A DNA stretch of 64,000 nt from Longimicrobiales bacterium (GTDB lineage: Bacteria > Gemmatimonadota > Gemmatimonadetes > Longimicrobiales > Gaopeijiaceae). The position numbers and the translations under genes were made by a program. The stretch is taken from contig CBDCKN010000003.1 in assembly GCA_965218295.1 (NCBI GenBank), positions 352,001-416,000 of the forward strand, read 5' to 3'. The stretch's first letter is position 1, and every line of letters begins with the position of its first letter. Under the pieces are notes generated by a model, which was given only the letters and a program-made list of their open reading frames with translations, was not told where the DNA came from and did not search any database. Positions 1 to 10,611 of this stretch are shown here, piece by piece.

Positions 1-1158
1 TCGCCGATTTGGAGGATGCCCAGGAGCGGCTTGAAGGCGCGCTCGGCCTTGAGAACCGAGACGGCTCGGGCGGCGGCGGTTCGAACGTCGGCGTACGAGT
101 CGTTCAGCATTCCCACCACCAACTGAGCCGCATCCTCTCCCCCGATCTTCGCCAGGGAGAGCACGGTCTCGCGACGTACTCGCATGTCCTCGTGGGCCAG
201 GGTGCCCGTGAGGTGGGCGATGGCCGTCTCTCCGCCACTCTCGCCGAGGACCGCTACCCCGTTCCTGACCACGAACCACCGCGAGTCCTCGAGCATCTCC
301 TCGACGACCCTCATACCGGACTGCCCGAGGGCCACCAGAGCACCCACGTAGATCTTCCGGGCCAGCCGATCATCGGTCTCGGTAAGCGCATCGGCGATGG
401 CGGTGGCCATGGGGTCACCCAGCTTGGCGTAGGCATCCACGAGGGCCAATCGCTCGCGCTCGTCCCGGATACTCCCGAGGCGGATGGCCATTCGTATCTG
501 TAGGACCGCGTTCATGAGCTCGCCCGCCAACGCCTCGGCGTCGGGGTCCGGCACCGGCTGGACCAGGAGCGCGTTCATGGCCCTGGCCAGGCCGTCCAGA
601 GCGTTGGCGGAGCGGGCCTCTTCCACTGCCGCCCGCAGCGGTTCCGTTAGCGACTGGCGCTGATCGGAGGTCGCCATCAAGTAGCGGGAGGTGGCCTCCT
701 CAAGCTGCAGCTCCACGGGTGAGCGGGGCTCCTCCTCGAGTTCCTCAGGAGCGGCGTCGGCGGCTTCCACCACTGCCTCCGGCTCCGCTGAGAGTTGGTC
801 GACCTCGTCCGCCTCGGAGACGGCCTCGAGCTCGATCTCGGGAACCGTCGCCAGCTCCTCCGTCTCGACCTCCGGCTCGGGGAGCTCGACCTCCGGCTCG
901 GGAGTAGGCGCCTCCGCCTCGGGCTCAGCGGATTCAAGGGCCGGCTCGGGGGCAGGCGCCTCTGCATCGGGCTCGGCGGATTCGAGGGCAGGCTCGGGCT
1001 CAGGCGCCTCTGCCTCCAGCTCGGGCTCCGGTGTGGGCTCGGGCTCCTCCGGGCTGGCGGATTCGTCCACTACCACGTCTTCCTCCTCCAACTCGGCGAA
1101 GAGGGAGTCGATGGAGCGTGCCCAGCCCTTGAGCTCGCGGTCGTCGTCTTGGGGTCAT
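1..1158 (-). CDS. HEAT-repeat protein with acidic Pro/Glu-rich N-terminal linker (3' end runs off window; probable 1-nt indel near start)
   Basis: My translation of the minus strand: DDDRELKGWARSIDSLFAELEEED, then EPALESAEP repeats, then HEAT-like units (EDSRWFVVRNGVAVLGE, HEDMRVRRETVLSLAKIGG, NDSYADVRTAAARAV). The ATG at 1158 is 1 nt out of frame in a C-run. Confidence 0.7.
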
Positions 1159-1272
1159 GTGGGCGTCGGGGGGAAAAGGGATCGATTGGCCGGTTTCGCC
1201 CAATTTATGCCACGCCCCGGCGAGGCGCGAGAATAATTCGGTGGGGCGGGACGCCGATGACCCCGCTCATCG

Positions 1273-2241
1273 TCAGATTTCCACTGTGGCCCCGAGACCC
1301 ATCCGCTCGGCGGCATCCAGGATACGACCGGCCGCGGCCACGTCCTGAGCGGCGCTCCCGACGGACTTGAAGAGCGTCACCTCGCCCGCGCTCTGACGTC
1401 CCGGACGATCGCCGCTCACCACCTCTCCGAGCTCCGCATGAATCCGGTCCATGGAGAACGCACCCTCGCTGATCGCTTGAACCAGATCGCCGGCTTCCGC
1501 CATGACCGTGGCCCGCGAATCCACCACCACCTTAGCACGCGCGACGAGCACTGCGTCCAGCTCCCTCATGCTCGGCGTGAAGGCACCAACGGCGTTGACG
1601 TGCGCTCCCGGCTCCACCAGCTCGCCGGGAAATACGGGCTCGAGGCTGTCGGTAGCGGTCACGATCACGTGTGCTCCCGCTATGGCGCCACCCGGATCGT
1701 CGAATAGGCTCACCTCCACACCCTCGAGCTCCTCGGCCAACGCCTCTGACTCGGGGACCGACAGAGAGACGATACGGACCTGTCGTATGGGCCGCACTGT
1801 GCGGACCGCCTCGATCTGAGTGCGCGCCTGGGGGCCGGCTCCGAAGACCGCCAGCACGGAGGACTCGTCGACAGCGAGAACCTCGGTCGCCAGGCCACTG
1901 GCGGCCCCCGTCCGGAGGGCGGTGAGGTACGTGCCGTCCATGAGGGCTACGGATAGGCCCGTCTCGCTGTCCAGAACCAGAACCACCGCATTGATGACGG
2001 GCAGTTCCCGGGCTCGGTTGTCCGTGAACACCGAGACGACTTTGGCCGCCAGGTGTCCACCCTCCGGCAGATACCCGGGCATGAACAGGCTCACACCCTT
2101 CTCGGTTGATACCGCCACTCGATCGGGCACCACGGCGTCCCCCGACGAGAGCTGGGTGAAAGCCGTCCTCATGGCGTCGATGGCCCCGCGCATGTCCAGG
2201 CACGCGCGTATGTCGGCCGCCGTCAGGATCCGTAGTTGCAT
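1273..2241 (-). CDS. Ornithine cyclodeaminase / mu-crystallin family protein
   Basis: Motifs LTALRTGAASGLA, FGAGPQAR, HVNAVGA, TLFKSVG; likely start MQLRIL at 2241. Confidence 0.9.
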   Translation of the reverse strand: MQLRILTAADIRACLDMRGAIDAMRTAFTQLSSGDAVVPDRVAVSTEKGVSLFMPGYLPEGGHLAAKVVSVFTDNRARELPVINAVVLVLDSETGLSVALMDGTYLTALRTGAASGLATEVLAVDESSVLAVFGAGPQARTQIEAVRTVRPIRQVRIVSLSVPESEALAEELEGVEVSLFDDPGGAIAGAHVIVTATDSLEPVFPGELVEPGAHVNAVGAFTPSMRELDAVLVARAKVVVDSRATVMAEAGDLVQAISEGAFSMDRIHAELGEVVSGDRPGRQSAGEVTLFKSVGSAAQDVAAAGRILDAAERMGLGATVEI

Positions 2242-2336
2242 GACATCTGTCCCGGAAGAAGGTTGGGAAAGGTCGTCCGTCCGCGGCCATTCAGCCAGGA
2301 CCTCCAGCACACACCCTCTGACCGGGACTCATCAAG

Positions 2337-3506
2337 GTGGAACGTAGCGCGGTGGTAGTCGTCGGCGGGGGCGTGTTCGGGGCCACTGCCGCCCTGGAGC
2401 TACGGGCCCGCGGGCACGCGGTGACGCTCCTGGACCCGGGGCCCCTTCCCCATCCCGACGCCAGCTCCACCGACATCAGCAAGGTCATCCGCGCCGAGTA
2501 CGGCCCGGACACCTTCTACGCCCGGCTGGTCCGGCAGTGCATCGACAGATGGCACGAGTGGAATGCGGAGGCCGGCCGGACGCTCTATCACGAGACGGGG
2601 TTTCTCGTCCTGGCGCGGGAGGAGATGCGGCGCGGTGGCTTCGAGCACGAGAGCTGGGAGGTGCTGGCCGAGCTGGGGCATCCGATCGAGAGGCTGGCCC
2701 CCGGAGAGTTCACCCGTCGCTTCCCGGCCTGGAAGGAGGACTGTTACGCGGACGGGTACTTCAACCGCCGAGCCGGGTGGGCGGAGAGTGGCAGCGTGGT
2801 TTCGTGGCTCCTCACCAAGGCCCGGGACGCCGGTGTGCGCATCGTGGAGGGCCAGACCATGGAGGCCCTCCGGGAGGACGGCTCACGCGTCTCGGGCATC
2901 GTTACCGACGGCGGCGAAGAGCACTCCGCCGATGTGGTCGTGGTTGCCGCGGGCGCGTGGACACCCACGCTGCTTCCATGGCTGACCGATGTGCTCAGGT
3001 GCGTGGGGCAACCGGTCTACCACTTCCGACCGCCGGATCTGGAGCCGTTCCGCCCGGAGCGCTTCCCACCCTGGTGCGCAGACATCGCCAACACGGGCTG
3101 GTACGGCTTTCCCGTACAGCCCGACGGGACCTTGAAGATCGCCAATCACGGCGACGGAATCCGGATCGATCCCCGCAGCGAAAAGGTGGTCCCACTGGAG
3201 AACGACGAGAAGTTTCGAGGCTTCCTGCGCGAAACGTTCGAGGGGATCGCCGACGCCCCGATCCTCAAACGGCGCCTCTGCCTCTACTGCGACACGTGGG
3301 ACGGCGACTTCTGGATCGACCGGGATCCCGATCGTGAGGGACTGGTCGTGGCCGCCGGCGGTAGCGGTCACGGTTTCAAGTTCGCCCCGATGCTGGGCGA
3401 GATCATCGCGGATGTCGTGGAGGGCAAGGAGAATCCGTGGGCCTCACGCTTCCGCTGGAGGACTCCCGGTGAGCTCAAAACCGAGGCGGCGCGATACACG
3501 AGCTGA
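2337..3506 (+). CDS. FAD-dependent amine oxidase (sarcosine/pipecolate/fructosyl-amine oxidase family)
   Basis: GGGVFG dinucleotide motif, ASSTDISKVIR, CLYCDT, GGSGHGFKFAP. Confidence 0.85.
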   Translation: MERSAVVVVGGGVFGATAALELRARGHAVTLLDPGPLPHPDASSTDISKVIRAEYGPDTFYARLVRQCIDRWHEWNAEAGRTLYHETGFLVLAREEMRRGGFEHESWEVLAELGHPIERLAPGEFTRRFPAWKEDCYADGYFNRRAGWAESGSVVSWLLTKARDAGVRIVEGQTMEALREDGSRVSGIVTDGGEEHSADVVVVAAGAWTPTLLPWLTDVLRCVGQPVYHFRPPDLEPFRPERFPPWCADIANTGWYGFPVQPDGTLKIANHGDGIRIDPRSEKVVPLENDEKFRGFLRETFEGIADAPILKRRLCLYCDTWDGDFWIDRDPDREGLVVAAGGSGHGFKFAPMLGEIIADVVEGKENPWASRFRWRTPGELKTEAARYTS

Positions 3507-3592
3507 CCGGTCGGGAGCTACCTGAGAACGCTGAGGCCTGCTGAAGCAGTACAGTGGGTCGCGCACAGGCGCTGTACTCCTTCAGCAGGCCT

Positions 3593-6208
3593 CTACGGAA
3601 CCGTGATCCACGCCCAGTCCCAACTCTCGAGACCCCTTCGATTGACGGCCTTCACCCCGATCTGCGAACCGGTCAGGACGTCTTCCAGGAGAGCCCGGGG
3701 AGCCTCGCCGGCGAGCATCGTGACCTGCTCCTCCGCCTCGGATCCATCTGCCCGCGTATACCGGAGGCGGTAGTCCTCGACGCCGCTCTCGGCCGCCGCC
3801 GCCCAGGTCAGCTGCACTCCTACACGACTCCGCCGCACCTCGAGTCCGGAGAGACGAGCCGGACTCGACGCCAGCAGCATGATGGTGGCGACGGTGGTCC
3901 GGCTCACCTCGGCCACGAGCTGGTGATTGATGGTGGAGAGGCGGTCCGAGGCCTCGTGGTAGTTAGGGTTGCCCAGCACGGGATACGACCCGATCCCTCC
4001 GACGATGTCCCCGTAGACTTCGTAATAGGAGTGGGCGTCGGTGTTCTTGTAGTAGAGGGCGTCGTAGGTGATGAGGTCGGAGAAGAGGGCCGCAGCGGCG
4101 TGCTGAACGTCACGGATACCCGGGTTCGAGTAGCGAATCGTGTTGTCCAATCGGTGGTCGTTGGCCCAGCCGATCATGTCGTTGTTCAGGGCGCAGACGA
4201 TCTGCTTCTCGTCCTCCACGGCCCTTCGCACATACTCCCGGCTCCCCAGGAGTCTCGCTTCCTCTCCCGTGAAGAATGCCAACTCGATGGATATGGGGAG
4301 CGCCCTGCCCGCCAGCACCCTGGCCACCTCGATAAGCGCGGCGGCGCCCGAAGTGTTGTCGTCGGCCCCAGGCCCCCTGCGTACCGAGTCGAAGTGGCTG
4401 CTCACCACACACACCAGCTCGGGATCGGTGCTGCCCTCGATACGGACGATGACGTTGGCGCTGGTGACTCCGGGCTGCGGCTCGAACCACTGGAGCTCCG
4501 GGCTGTAGCCGAAGCCCTCGAGGGTGGTGGTGAGGTAGTCGATGGCCTGTGCGTTTCCGGGCTCGGTGATGTACTTCGACCCGAAGGCGAAGAGACCCGC
4601 TTCGTAGCGATAGATACGGTTCACGGAGATCTGGTCTGCGACCGCCGCGATGTCGTCGCGAACGGAAGCGAACATCATCTCACCGTGGGCCATGAGCCGT
4701 CGCTCGGCCGCCAGATTCCGCTCGAGCCTCTCGCGCACGGCCTCCTTGGTGACGGTACGGGCGAGGTCCACCACATAGACTCCCCGCTCCGGCGATACCG
4801 TATCGCCGTCCCTCTCCGACACGATCACAACCTTGCTGCCGCCTCCTCCTACCTCCCACTCGTACTCGGGGGCGATGGTACGCACCGTGTTGTTGTGAAA
4901 GAGCTTGGTCACCGACCCGTTTCGAAGGTCGTAGATGAAGGAGCGCCGGTGCCGGCCTTCTCCCTTGGCCGCCAGGATGCGATTCCCGCTCAAGAACCGG
5001 GGGAAGAGGTCGTGTTGGATCTCGCTGGAGACCTGCCACTCCTCCATGGAGCCATCGGTGGGCGACACGAAGATCTCCCAGTTCTCGTGGACCCGCTTCT
5101 GGTACGCGATGAGGCTGCCGTCCAGTGACACAGCCAGGCTGGTAATGGGACTCGAGGATCGCAGCACGACCGTGGTGGACTGCATGGCGCGCCTCGGGGC
5201 GACCGTCATCGGCTCGACCGAGGCCGCCTCGATGGTCCAGCTGTCGCTCCCCTGGGTCATGAACGCCAGGACGGTGCCCGAGGCCGAGTACACGGGCCCG
5301 GTCCCGGCGAAGCCGTAGACCTCTTCTTCCTGCAGATCGACCAGGGCAAAGCCTCCTCCCTCATCGTCCGCGAATCGCTCGGTTCCCGGCGCCTGCGGTA
5401 GAGGATTCTCGGACGGACGCTGGTAAAGCAAGTAGCGGCCGCCAGGGATCGCCTGCGGCGACGCCTTGAAGCCTCGACCGGCGAGGGCGGTCTCGGGCAC
5501 GAGCCGGAACGCCCGGACCGTGTAGATGTCGTTTGTCCGATTCTCCCCCAGACGCCCTGCGGCCAGGAACAGAGTCCGACCGTCTGATGAGTAGGTCATG
5601 CCCACCGGGACGATATCGCCCAGGAACACCTCTCGCTCCGTGCCGGTCTGAATGTCCCGAATCCAGAGGGACGTGTTGAGAGCCTCGATCCAGCGGATCT
5701 CGGCCTCGGCCTCCAAGAAGGCGGCCCGGTCGCCCCGTGCCCCAGAGGCGTCCAGCAGGGCCTGTTGTGCGGCGGCCATGTCACCGGTGCGTTCGACCCG
5801 GAGGAAAGCAACGGTCCCGATAGACGACATCGTCGGGCTGTGACCCTCAAAGGTGGATAGGACCCTGGGCGTATCTCCCAGCTCGAAGAGGGCGATGCTG
5901 GGCTCCGTGCCGCGGCCCACCGCGTACGTCCCATGCCGCCCATCGGGGCTCACCCGGATGTCCGATCCGGCGTCCGTGAGCTCCGTCACCTCGTAGAGCT
6001 CACCGGTGAGCAGCGCAATCCCGTCCTTCAGGCGATCGCCGGCCCGGCCGTTTAAGGCCGCTAGATACCCCTCCAGGGCCGCCACATACTCCCCTCGGTC
6101 CCAGGCGTAGTACGCCTCCTGGAGCTCAGGGGAGACGGTCTGGGCGTGGGTGGGCGCACCAACCACGGAGACCAGCAGAGTGACGAGCAGTGCGGTCCCG
6201 AATCTCAT
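3593..6208 (-). CDS. Secreted M28 family peptidase with TolB/PD40-like beta-propeller
   Basis: Signal peptide; SSHFDS, GADDNTSG, FTGEE, NNDMIG, YHEASD metal-binding motifs. Confidence 0.85.
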   Translation of the reverse strand: MRFGTALLVTLLVSVVGAPTHAQTVSPELQEAYYAWDRGEYVAALEGYLAALNGRAGDRLKDGIALLTGELYEVTELTDAGSDIRVSPDGRHGTYAVGRGTEPSIALFELGDTPRVLSTFEGHSPTMSSIGTVAFLRVERTGDMAAAQQALLDASGARGDRAAFLEAEAEIRWIEALNTSLWIRDIQTGTEREVFLGDIVPVGMTYSSDGRTLFLAAGRLGENRTNDIYTVRAFRLVPETALAGRGFKASPQAIPGGRYLLYQRPSENPLPQAPGTERFADDEGGGFALVDLQEEEVYGFAGTGPVYSASGTVLAFMTQGSDSWTIEAASVEPMTVAPRRAMQSTTVVLRSSSPITSLAVSLDGSLIAYQKRVHENWEIFVSPTDGSMEEWQVSSEIQHDLFPRFLSGNRILAAKGEGRHRRSFIYDLRNGSVTKLFHNNTVRTIAPEYEWEVGGGGSKVVIVSERDGDTVSPERGVYVVDLARTVTKEAVRERLERNLAAERRLMAHGEMMFASVRDDIAAVADQISVNRIYRYEAGLFAFGSKYITEPGNAQAIDYLTTTLEGFGYSPELQWFEPQPGVTSANVIVRIEGSTDPELVCVVSSHFDSVRRGPGADDNTSGAAALIEVARVLAGRALPISIELAFFTGEEARLLGSREYVRRAVEDEKQIVCALNNDMIGWANDHRLDNTIRYSNPGIRDVQHAAAALFSDLITYDALYYKNTDAHSYYEVYGDIVGGIGSYPVLGNPNYHEASDRLSTINHQLVAEVSRTTVATIMLLASSPARLSGLEVRRSRVGVQLTWAAAAESGVEDYRLRYTRADGSEAEEQVTMLAGEAPRALLEDVLTGSQIGVKAVNRRGLESWDWAWITVP

Positions 6209-6281
6209 GTCATCGGCTCCTGGAGGAAGCCCCTGTAGTACGCCTCATGCTCTGACGGGCTCGGTCTTCCGATGAGTGGGG

Positions 6282-6563
6282 TCATCGTGAGCTCCTCGTG
6301 AAGATCAACGTGTTGCCGGATGGGAATGCCAGGGTAAGCCGGTGGCCTTCGACGTATGCACTGGCAGGCTCCTCAGACGCGTCTTCCAGATCGCGGTAGA
6401 CCATTCGGAGCGGCGCCTCCTCGAGCGCCTCCATGGCCTCACCGGTGGAGAAGTTGTGAAGGTGCCAGAAGGTAAGCGCGTCCCCTTCGAGGGTATAGGT
6501 GCCTCCCTCGGCCGAGCCTCTCTTGATCTCACCCTCCTCGTCGACCACGAAGAACACGACCTG
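6282..6563 (-). pseudogene. 3' fragment of a hypothetical beta-rich protein
   Basis: Coding-like frame (EGGTYTLEGDALTF...LTLAFPSGNTLIFTR*) with no convincing start. Confidence 0.4.
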
Positions 6564-6788
6564 CCAATCGGACTATACGAAGACGTTTCACATGCGATTG
6601 TACGGCTCGCCGGCTACGTCACGGGTACGGACGAGGGCCCCACAGACCAGGCTCGAGAGGTGTTCGATATGCTCCGGAGTGAGCTGGAGGACTACCAGCG
6701 GCAAATGGAGGCCCTCTCGGTGGAGGACGTCGCTCGTTTCAACCGGCTCCTGGACGACCGGGGGATCGAGCCTATCGGCCAGAACTAG
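6564..6788 (+). pseudogene. C-terminal helical fragment resembling the tail of large VPS10/BNR-repeat glycosyl hydrolases
   Basis: LAGYVTGTDEGPTDQAREVFDMLRSEL...DVARFNRLL; family resemblance from memory; no 5' part present. Confidence 0.4.
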
Positions 6789-6820
6789 CCGCCGGTCGAA
6801 AGGGGGAGGCGGATAGGCTC

Positions 6821-7045
6821 CTAGCGTCGCCTGAGCAGTACCGAAAGGACGATGCCGGCGGCGATGGCCAATCCGAGTACGGTCTTCGCCGTCTCGCTGA
6901 GCCGGTCCTCGAGCTCCTCGATGGCCTCACGGCCGGTGGGAGCCGACGGGTCCTGACTGATATGCACCGCGCAGAAGTCGGAGCCCTCGAGGGCGTTGAG
7001 CCGACACTGCGTCCCCTTCTTCGTCGTAGCGTTACAGCGTGCCAC
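6821..7045 (-). CDS. Small protein with N-terminal C-x10-C-x10-C-x2-H metal-binding motif and C-terminal TM helix
   Basis: ARCNATTKKGTQCRLNALEGSDFCAVH; GGAGG RBS before the GTG start. Confidence 0.65.
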   Translation of the reverse strand: MARCNATTKKGTQCRLNALEGSDFCAVHISQDPSAPTGREAIEELEDRLSETAKTVLGLAIAAGIVLSVLLRRR

Positions 7046-7176
7046 CGACCAACCTCCTCACCCTGTCAGGCGTTCTCGACGCCCGGTGTCAGTATTCCCA
7101 CATCAAACATACGTACGACTCGAAGGTCCTGATTCATCATGACGTGATGTGAGGTGGTGGGAAAGGGCCCAAATCC

Positions 7177-8733
7177 CTACGAGCTGAACTCGATTCCCTG
7201 GGCCAAGGGCAACTCGGTGCCCCAGTTCACCGTGTTGGTCTGGCGGCGCATGTACGCCTTCCAGGCATCGGAGCCGGACTCCCGACCGCCACCCGTCTCC
7301 TTTTCGCCCCCGAAAGCGCCGCCGATCTCGGCGCCGCTCGTGCCGATGTTCACGTTCGCGATCCCGCAGTCGCTCCCTCGGTGCGACAGGAAGTACTCGG
7401 CCTCGCGAACGTGGTCCGTGAAGATCGCCGAGGAGAGCCCCTGGGGAACGCCGTTGTGGATGTCCATGGCTTCGTCGAGCTCGTCCACCGCCTCCCCGGG
7501 AGACGAAGACGCATCGCCGTAGCCGATGATGTAGAGAATTGGAGCGAAGGTCTCTTCCTGGATGATGTCGTACTCGTTCTTGGCGGTGGCGATGCAGGGG
7601 GTCACGTAGTGCCCGCCCGGGTATTCGTCTCCTTCCAGGCGCTCGCCACCGTAAAGGATCTCCCCACCTTCCTCCTGCACGCGCTGGACGGCACCTTCGA
7701 GATCGTCCACGGCTCCTCGGTTCACGAGCGGCCCCATGAGCGTATCGGCCTCCCGCGGGTCTCCGATCCGGACTCCGTCGTAGGCGCGCGTGAGCCGGGC
7801 CACAAGCTCCTCACGCACGGACTCGTGGACGATGATGCGCCGCGTGCTGGTGCAGCGCTGCCCGGCAGTACCCACCGAGCCGAAGAGGATACCGGACAAC
7901 GCCAGGTCCAGGTTGGCATGAGGGGTCACGATGATGGCGTTGTTGCCGCCGAGCTCGAGGATGGTGCGTCCCAGCCGCTTGCCGACGACCTCGGCCACCC
8001 GATAGCCCACGGCGCAGCTTCCGGTGGCAGACACCAGGGGCACTCGGCGATCATGGAGAAGCCGGTCACCAACGGTCGCCCCCTTCCCCACCGTCAGGGA
8101 GAAGATGGCCGGGTCGACTCCGTTCTCCTCACAGACCGCCTGGGCGATCGTCGTCACGGCGATGGCCGTGAGGGGCGTCTGGCTGGCCGGCTTCCACAGG
8201 ACGGAATCACCACAGACGGAGGCCAGGGCCGCATTCCAGCTCCACACGGCCACCGGAAAGTTGAAGGCGCTGATCACGCCCACCACTCCCAGCGGATGCC
8301 ACTGCTCCATCATGCGATGGTCCTGGCGCTCCGACGCGATGGTGAGCCCGTAGAGCTGCCGGGAGAGTCCCGTGGCGAAGTCGCAGATATCGATCATCTC
8401 CTGGACCTCACCCTCACCCTCGGCCTGGATCTTGCCCATCTCCAGGGTGACCAAGGCACCCAAATCGGACTTCAGCGCACGGAGTCGCTCTCCCAACTGC
8501 CGGACGAGATCGCCCCGCCTGGGTGCCGGCACGGTCCGCCAGTGGAGGAAGGCCTCATGGGCCCGGTCCACGATCCGGTCATATTCGTCCTCGGTGACCT
8601 GCTGAACGGTCGCGATGACCGATCCATCGATGGGAGTTGTGACCTCGAGCTCGGGGCCCGAGCCCATCCATTCTCCGCAGAATCCGCCGAGGTTGCGCTC
8701 CTCGATGCCGAGGCTCTTCAGGACATCTCTCAT
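7177..8733 (-). CDS. Aldehyde dehydrogenase family 7 (piperideine-6-carboxylate / alpha-aminoadipic semialdehyde dehydrogenase-like)
   Basis: EGEGEVQEMIDICDFA, ISAFNFPVAVW, LELGGNNA, GTAGQRCT, GAEIGGAFGGEKETGGGRESGSDAWK. Confidence 0.92.
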   Translation of the reverse strand: MRDVLKSLGIEERNLGGFCGEWMGSGPELEVTTPIDGSVIATVQQVTEDEYDRIVDRAHEAFLHWRTVPAPRRGDLVRQLGERLRALKSDLGALVTLEMGKIQAEGEGEVQEMIDICDFATGLSRQLYGLTIASERQDHRMMEQWHPLGVVGVISAFNFPVAVWSWNAALASVCGDSVLWKPASQTPLTAIAVTTIAQAVCEENGVDPAIFSLTVGKGATVGDRLLHDRRVPLVSATGSCAVGYRVAEVVGKRLGRTILELGGNNAIIVTPHANLDLALSGILFGSVGTAGQRCTSTRRIIVHESVREELVARLTRAYDGVRIGDPREADTLMGPLVNRGAVDDLEGAVQRVQEEGGEILYGGERLEGDEYPGGHYVTPCIATAKNEYDIIQEETFAPILYIIGYGDASSSPGEAVDELDEAMDIHNGVPQGLSSAIFTDHVREAEYFLSHRGSDCGIANVNIGTSGAEIGGAFGGEKETGGGRESGSDAWKAYMRRQTNTVNWGTELPLAQGIEFSS

Positions 8734-9199
8734 CGGTTTTCCTATATGGATATGGCCGGTCACGAACCCGTGTCCGGCCCAGTCGACTCAGGTGAGAGGG
8801 AGCAGGTAAGATCGCCCGATCCCGGCGGGGTGTCTATCTGAGCGAATCGAGGAGCCGGCCAGCCTCCTCCGTTGCCAGCGCGAGGGCCTCCAACAGCCGG
8901 TTCCGCTCTCGCACCAGAGTCGTTTCGGCGAAGAGCTAGCGATCGCTGGCCGGATCTTCCTCCGCCAGGATCTCCACCGGCGCCAACCGGGTAGCAGGCC
9001 CACGGCGAAGCCGGGATCCGGATGGAACGGGTCCGCTGGAAGTGATCCCCCGACGGCTTCGAACTCCGGCGCTTCACTACGGTATGACAGGCGTCGCCGC
9101 CCAAGGGGGCAAGTGGAATCGCCGGCCGAAGGGACGGGGAGAGGGGTGGCCCGGAGGGTGGATCTCGGAGCCCCTCGAGAACTCGAAGGAGGGGTAAAC

Positions 9200-10384
9200 G
9201 TGAAGACAGAATCCAGGACCCTGAACACCGCGTCCATTCACGCCGGCTCGCGGCGACCTCGATTGGACGGTGCGGTCGTGATGCCCGTGTTCCGCTCGAG
9301 CACGTACGAGTATCACGGGGAGAGCTACCACGACGTGGGGTACCTCCGCCTGAGCAACAGCCCGAACCATCGGGTTCTCCACGAGCGGATCGCGACCCTC
9401 GAGGGCTCGGAGGACGCCCTGTGCACCGGGAGTGGGATGTCGGCCATCTCGGCTGCACTGCTCACCGTCCTCTCCACAGGCGATCATCTGCTGGTTCAGG
9501 ACTGCTTGTACGGGGGCACCACGGGCCTGCTCCAGAACGACTTCCCCCGCTGGGGCATCGGTCACACGGCTATCGATCCGCAGGATCCCGGCTCGTGGGA
9601 GGCGATGCTGCAGCCGAACACCAGGGTCATCTACGTGGAGACGCTGACCAACCCACTCGTCCAGGTCGCGGACCTGGAGGCCGCGGTGCGCTTCGCCCGG
9701 GAGCACCACCTCTTGTCCATCATCGACAACACCTTCGCCAGTCCGGTGAACTTCCGCCCGGTCGAGCACGGCTTCGACCTGTCCGTGGAGAGTTGTACCA
9801 AGTACATGAACGGGCACAACGACATCGTGGCAGGCTCGATGGCGGGCTCGGCGGACCTCGTCCGGCGAATCAAGCACACGCTCGACCACCTTGGAGGGAC
9901 CCTGGACCCCGACTCGTGCTTCCTGCTGGAGCGGGGTCTCAAGACGCTGGCGCTCAGGGTCGAGCATCAGAACGCCAGTGCCATGGAGATCGCGGAATTC
10001 CTGGAGCAGCACGCTGCGGTCTCACGTGTGCACCACCCGAGTCTGGCGTCCCACGCGCAGCACGACCGTGCGGCTCGGTTGTTCGAGGGATTCGGCGGCA
10101 TGCTCTCCTTCGAGCTGGCGGGCGGAGTCCGGACCGCCGAAGATTTCCTCGGAGCCCTGACAATTCCAGCCGTGGCAGCCTCGCTGGGTGGGGCCGAGTC
10201 GCTCATCGTGCGGCCCGCCACGGCCATCCACGGAGCCCTCTCTCCCAAAGAGCGCGCCAAGAGCGGAGTCACCGACGGGCTGATTCGCTTCTCGGTGGGC
10301 CTGGAGGGGTCTTCAGATCTGATCGCGGACCTGGAGCAGGCCCTGGAGGCGGCTGCGGCGACCCCGTCCGTCGCCAAGCGATGA
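9200..10384 (+). CDS. PLP-dependent Cys/Met metabolism lyase (cystathionine gamma-synthase / methionine gamma-lyase family)
   Basis: SGMSAI, YGGT, ETLTNP, DNTFASP, SCTKYMNGHND (PLP Lys), SLGGAES, LIRFSVGLE; AGGAGG before GTG 9200. Confidence 0.92.
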   Translation: MKTESRTLNTASIHAGSRRPRLDGAVVMPVFRSSTYEYHGESYHDVGYLRLSNSPNHRVLHERIATLEGSEDALCTGSGMSAISAALLTVLSTGDHLLVQDCLYGGTTGLLQNDFPRWGIGHTAIDPQDPGSWEAMLQPNTRVIYVETLTNPLVQVADLEAAVRFAREHHLLSIIDNTFASPVNFRPVEHGFDLSVESCTKYMNGHNDIVAGSMAGSADLVRRIKHTLDHLGGTLDPDSCFLLERGLKTLALRVEHQNASAMEIAEFLEQHAAVSRVHHPSLASHAQHDRAARLFEGFGGMLSFELAGGVRTAEDFLGALTIPAVAASLGGAESLIVRPATAIHGALSPKERAKSGVTDGLIRFSVGLEGSSDLIADLEQALEAAAATPSVAKR

Positions 10385-10611
10385 TCCCCCCCTGGCTCGA
10401 GACCTTCGCAGCCGATCTTGTGGACTGTATCGAGCTGGGCCTCGAAGGGGACTGGAGCGCGACGGTCAGGACGGTCTGGTCCCGCGACCAGGGCTTTCTG
10501 GGTTTCGACGGCCCGGCGACCGAGCACACGGACTTCAGGCCCGCACTCGAGCTCTACTACTGTCACGTTGAGCATCGCGCTCGCGCGCTGCGCACGCGGT
10601 CGGCATCTTGA
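10381..10611 (+). pseudogene. Truncated hypothetical gene fused to a half attC site
   Basis: ATGA overlap with the upstream stop; the frame runs into the attC remnant at 10577. Confidence 0.45.

Noticed and set aside
691..1236. Ser/Gly-rich + strand ORF with repeats
   Set aside because: Antisense shadow of the Glu/Pro-rich linker of the minus-strand HEAT protein
3554..5128. Long overlapping ORFs (also 7381-8841, 9421-10611, 49633-51915 and others)
   Set aside because: Shadow frames typical of high-GC coding DNA; no recognisable motifs
8800..9110. Riboswitch (e.g. SAM) upstream of the Cys/Met lyase
   Set aside because: No recognisable aptamer; looks like degraded coding sequence
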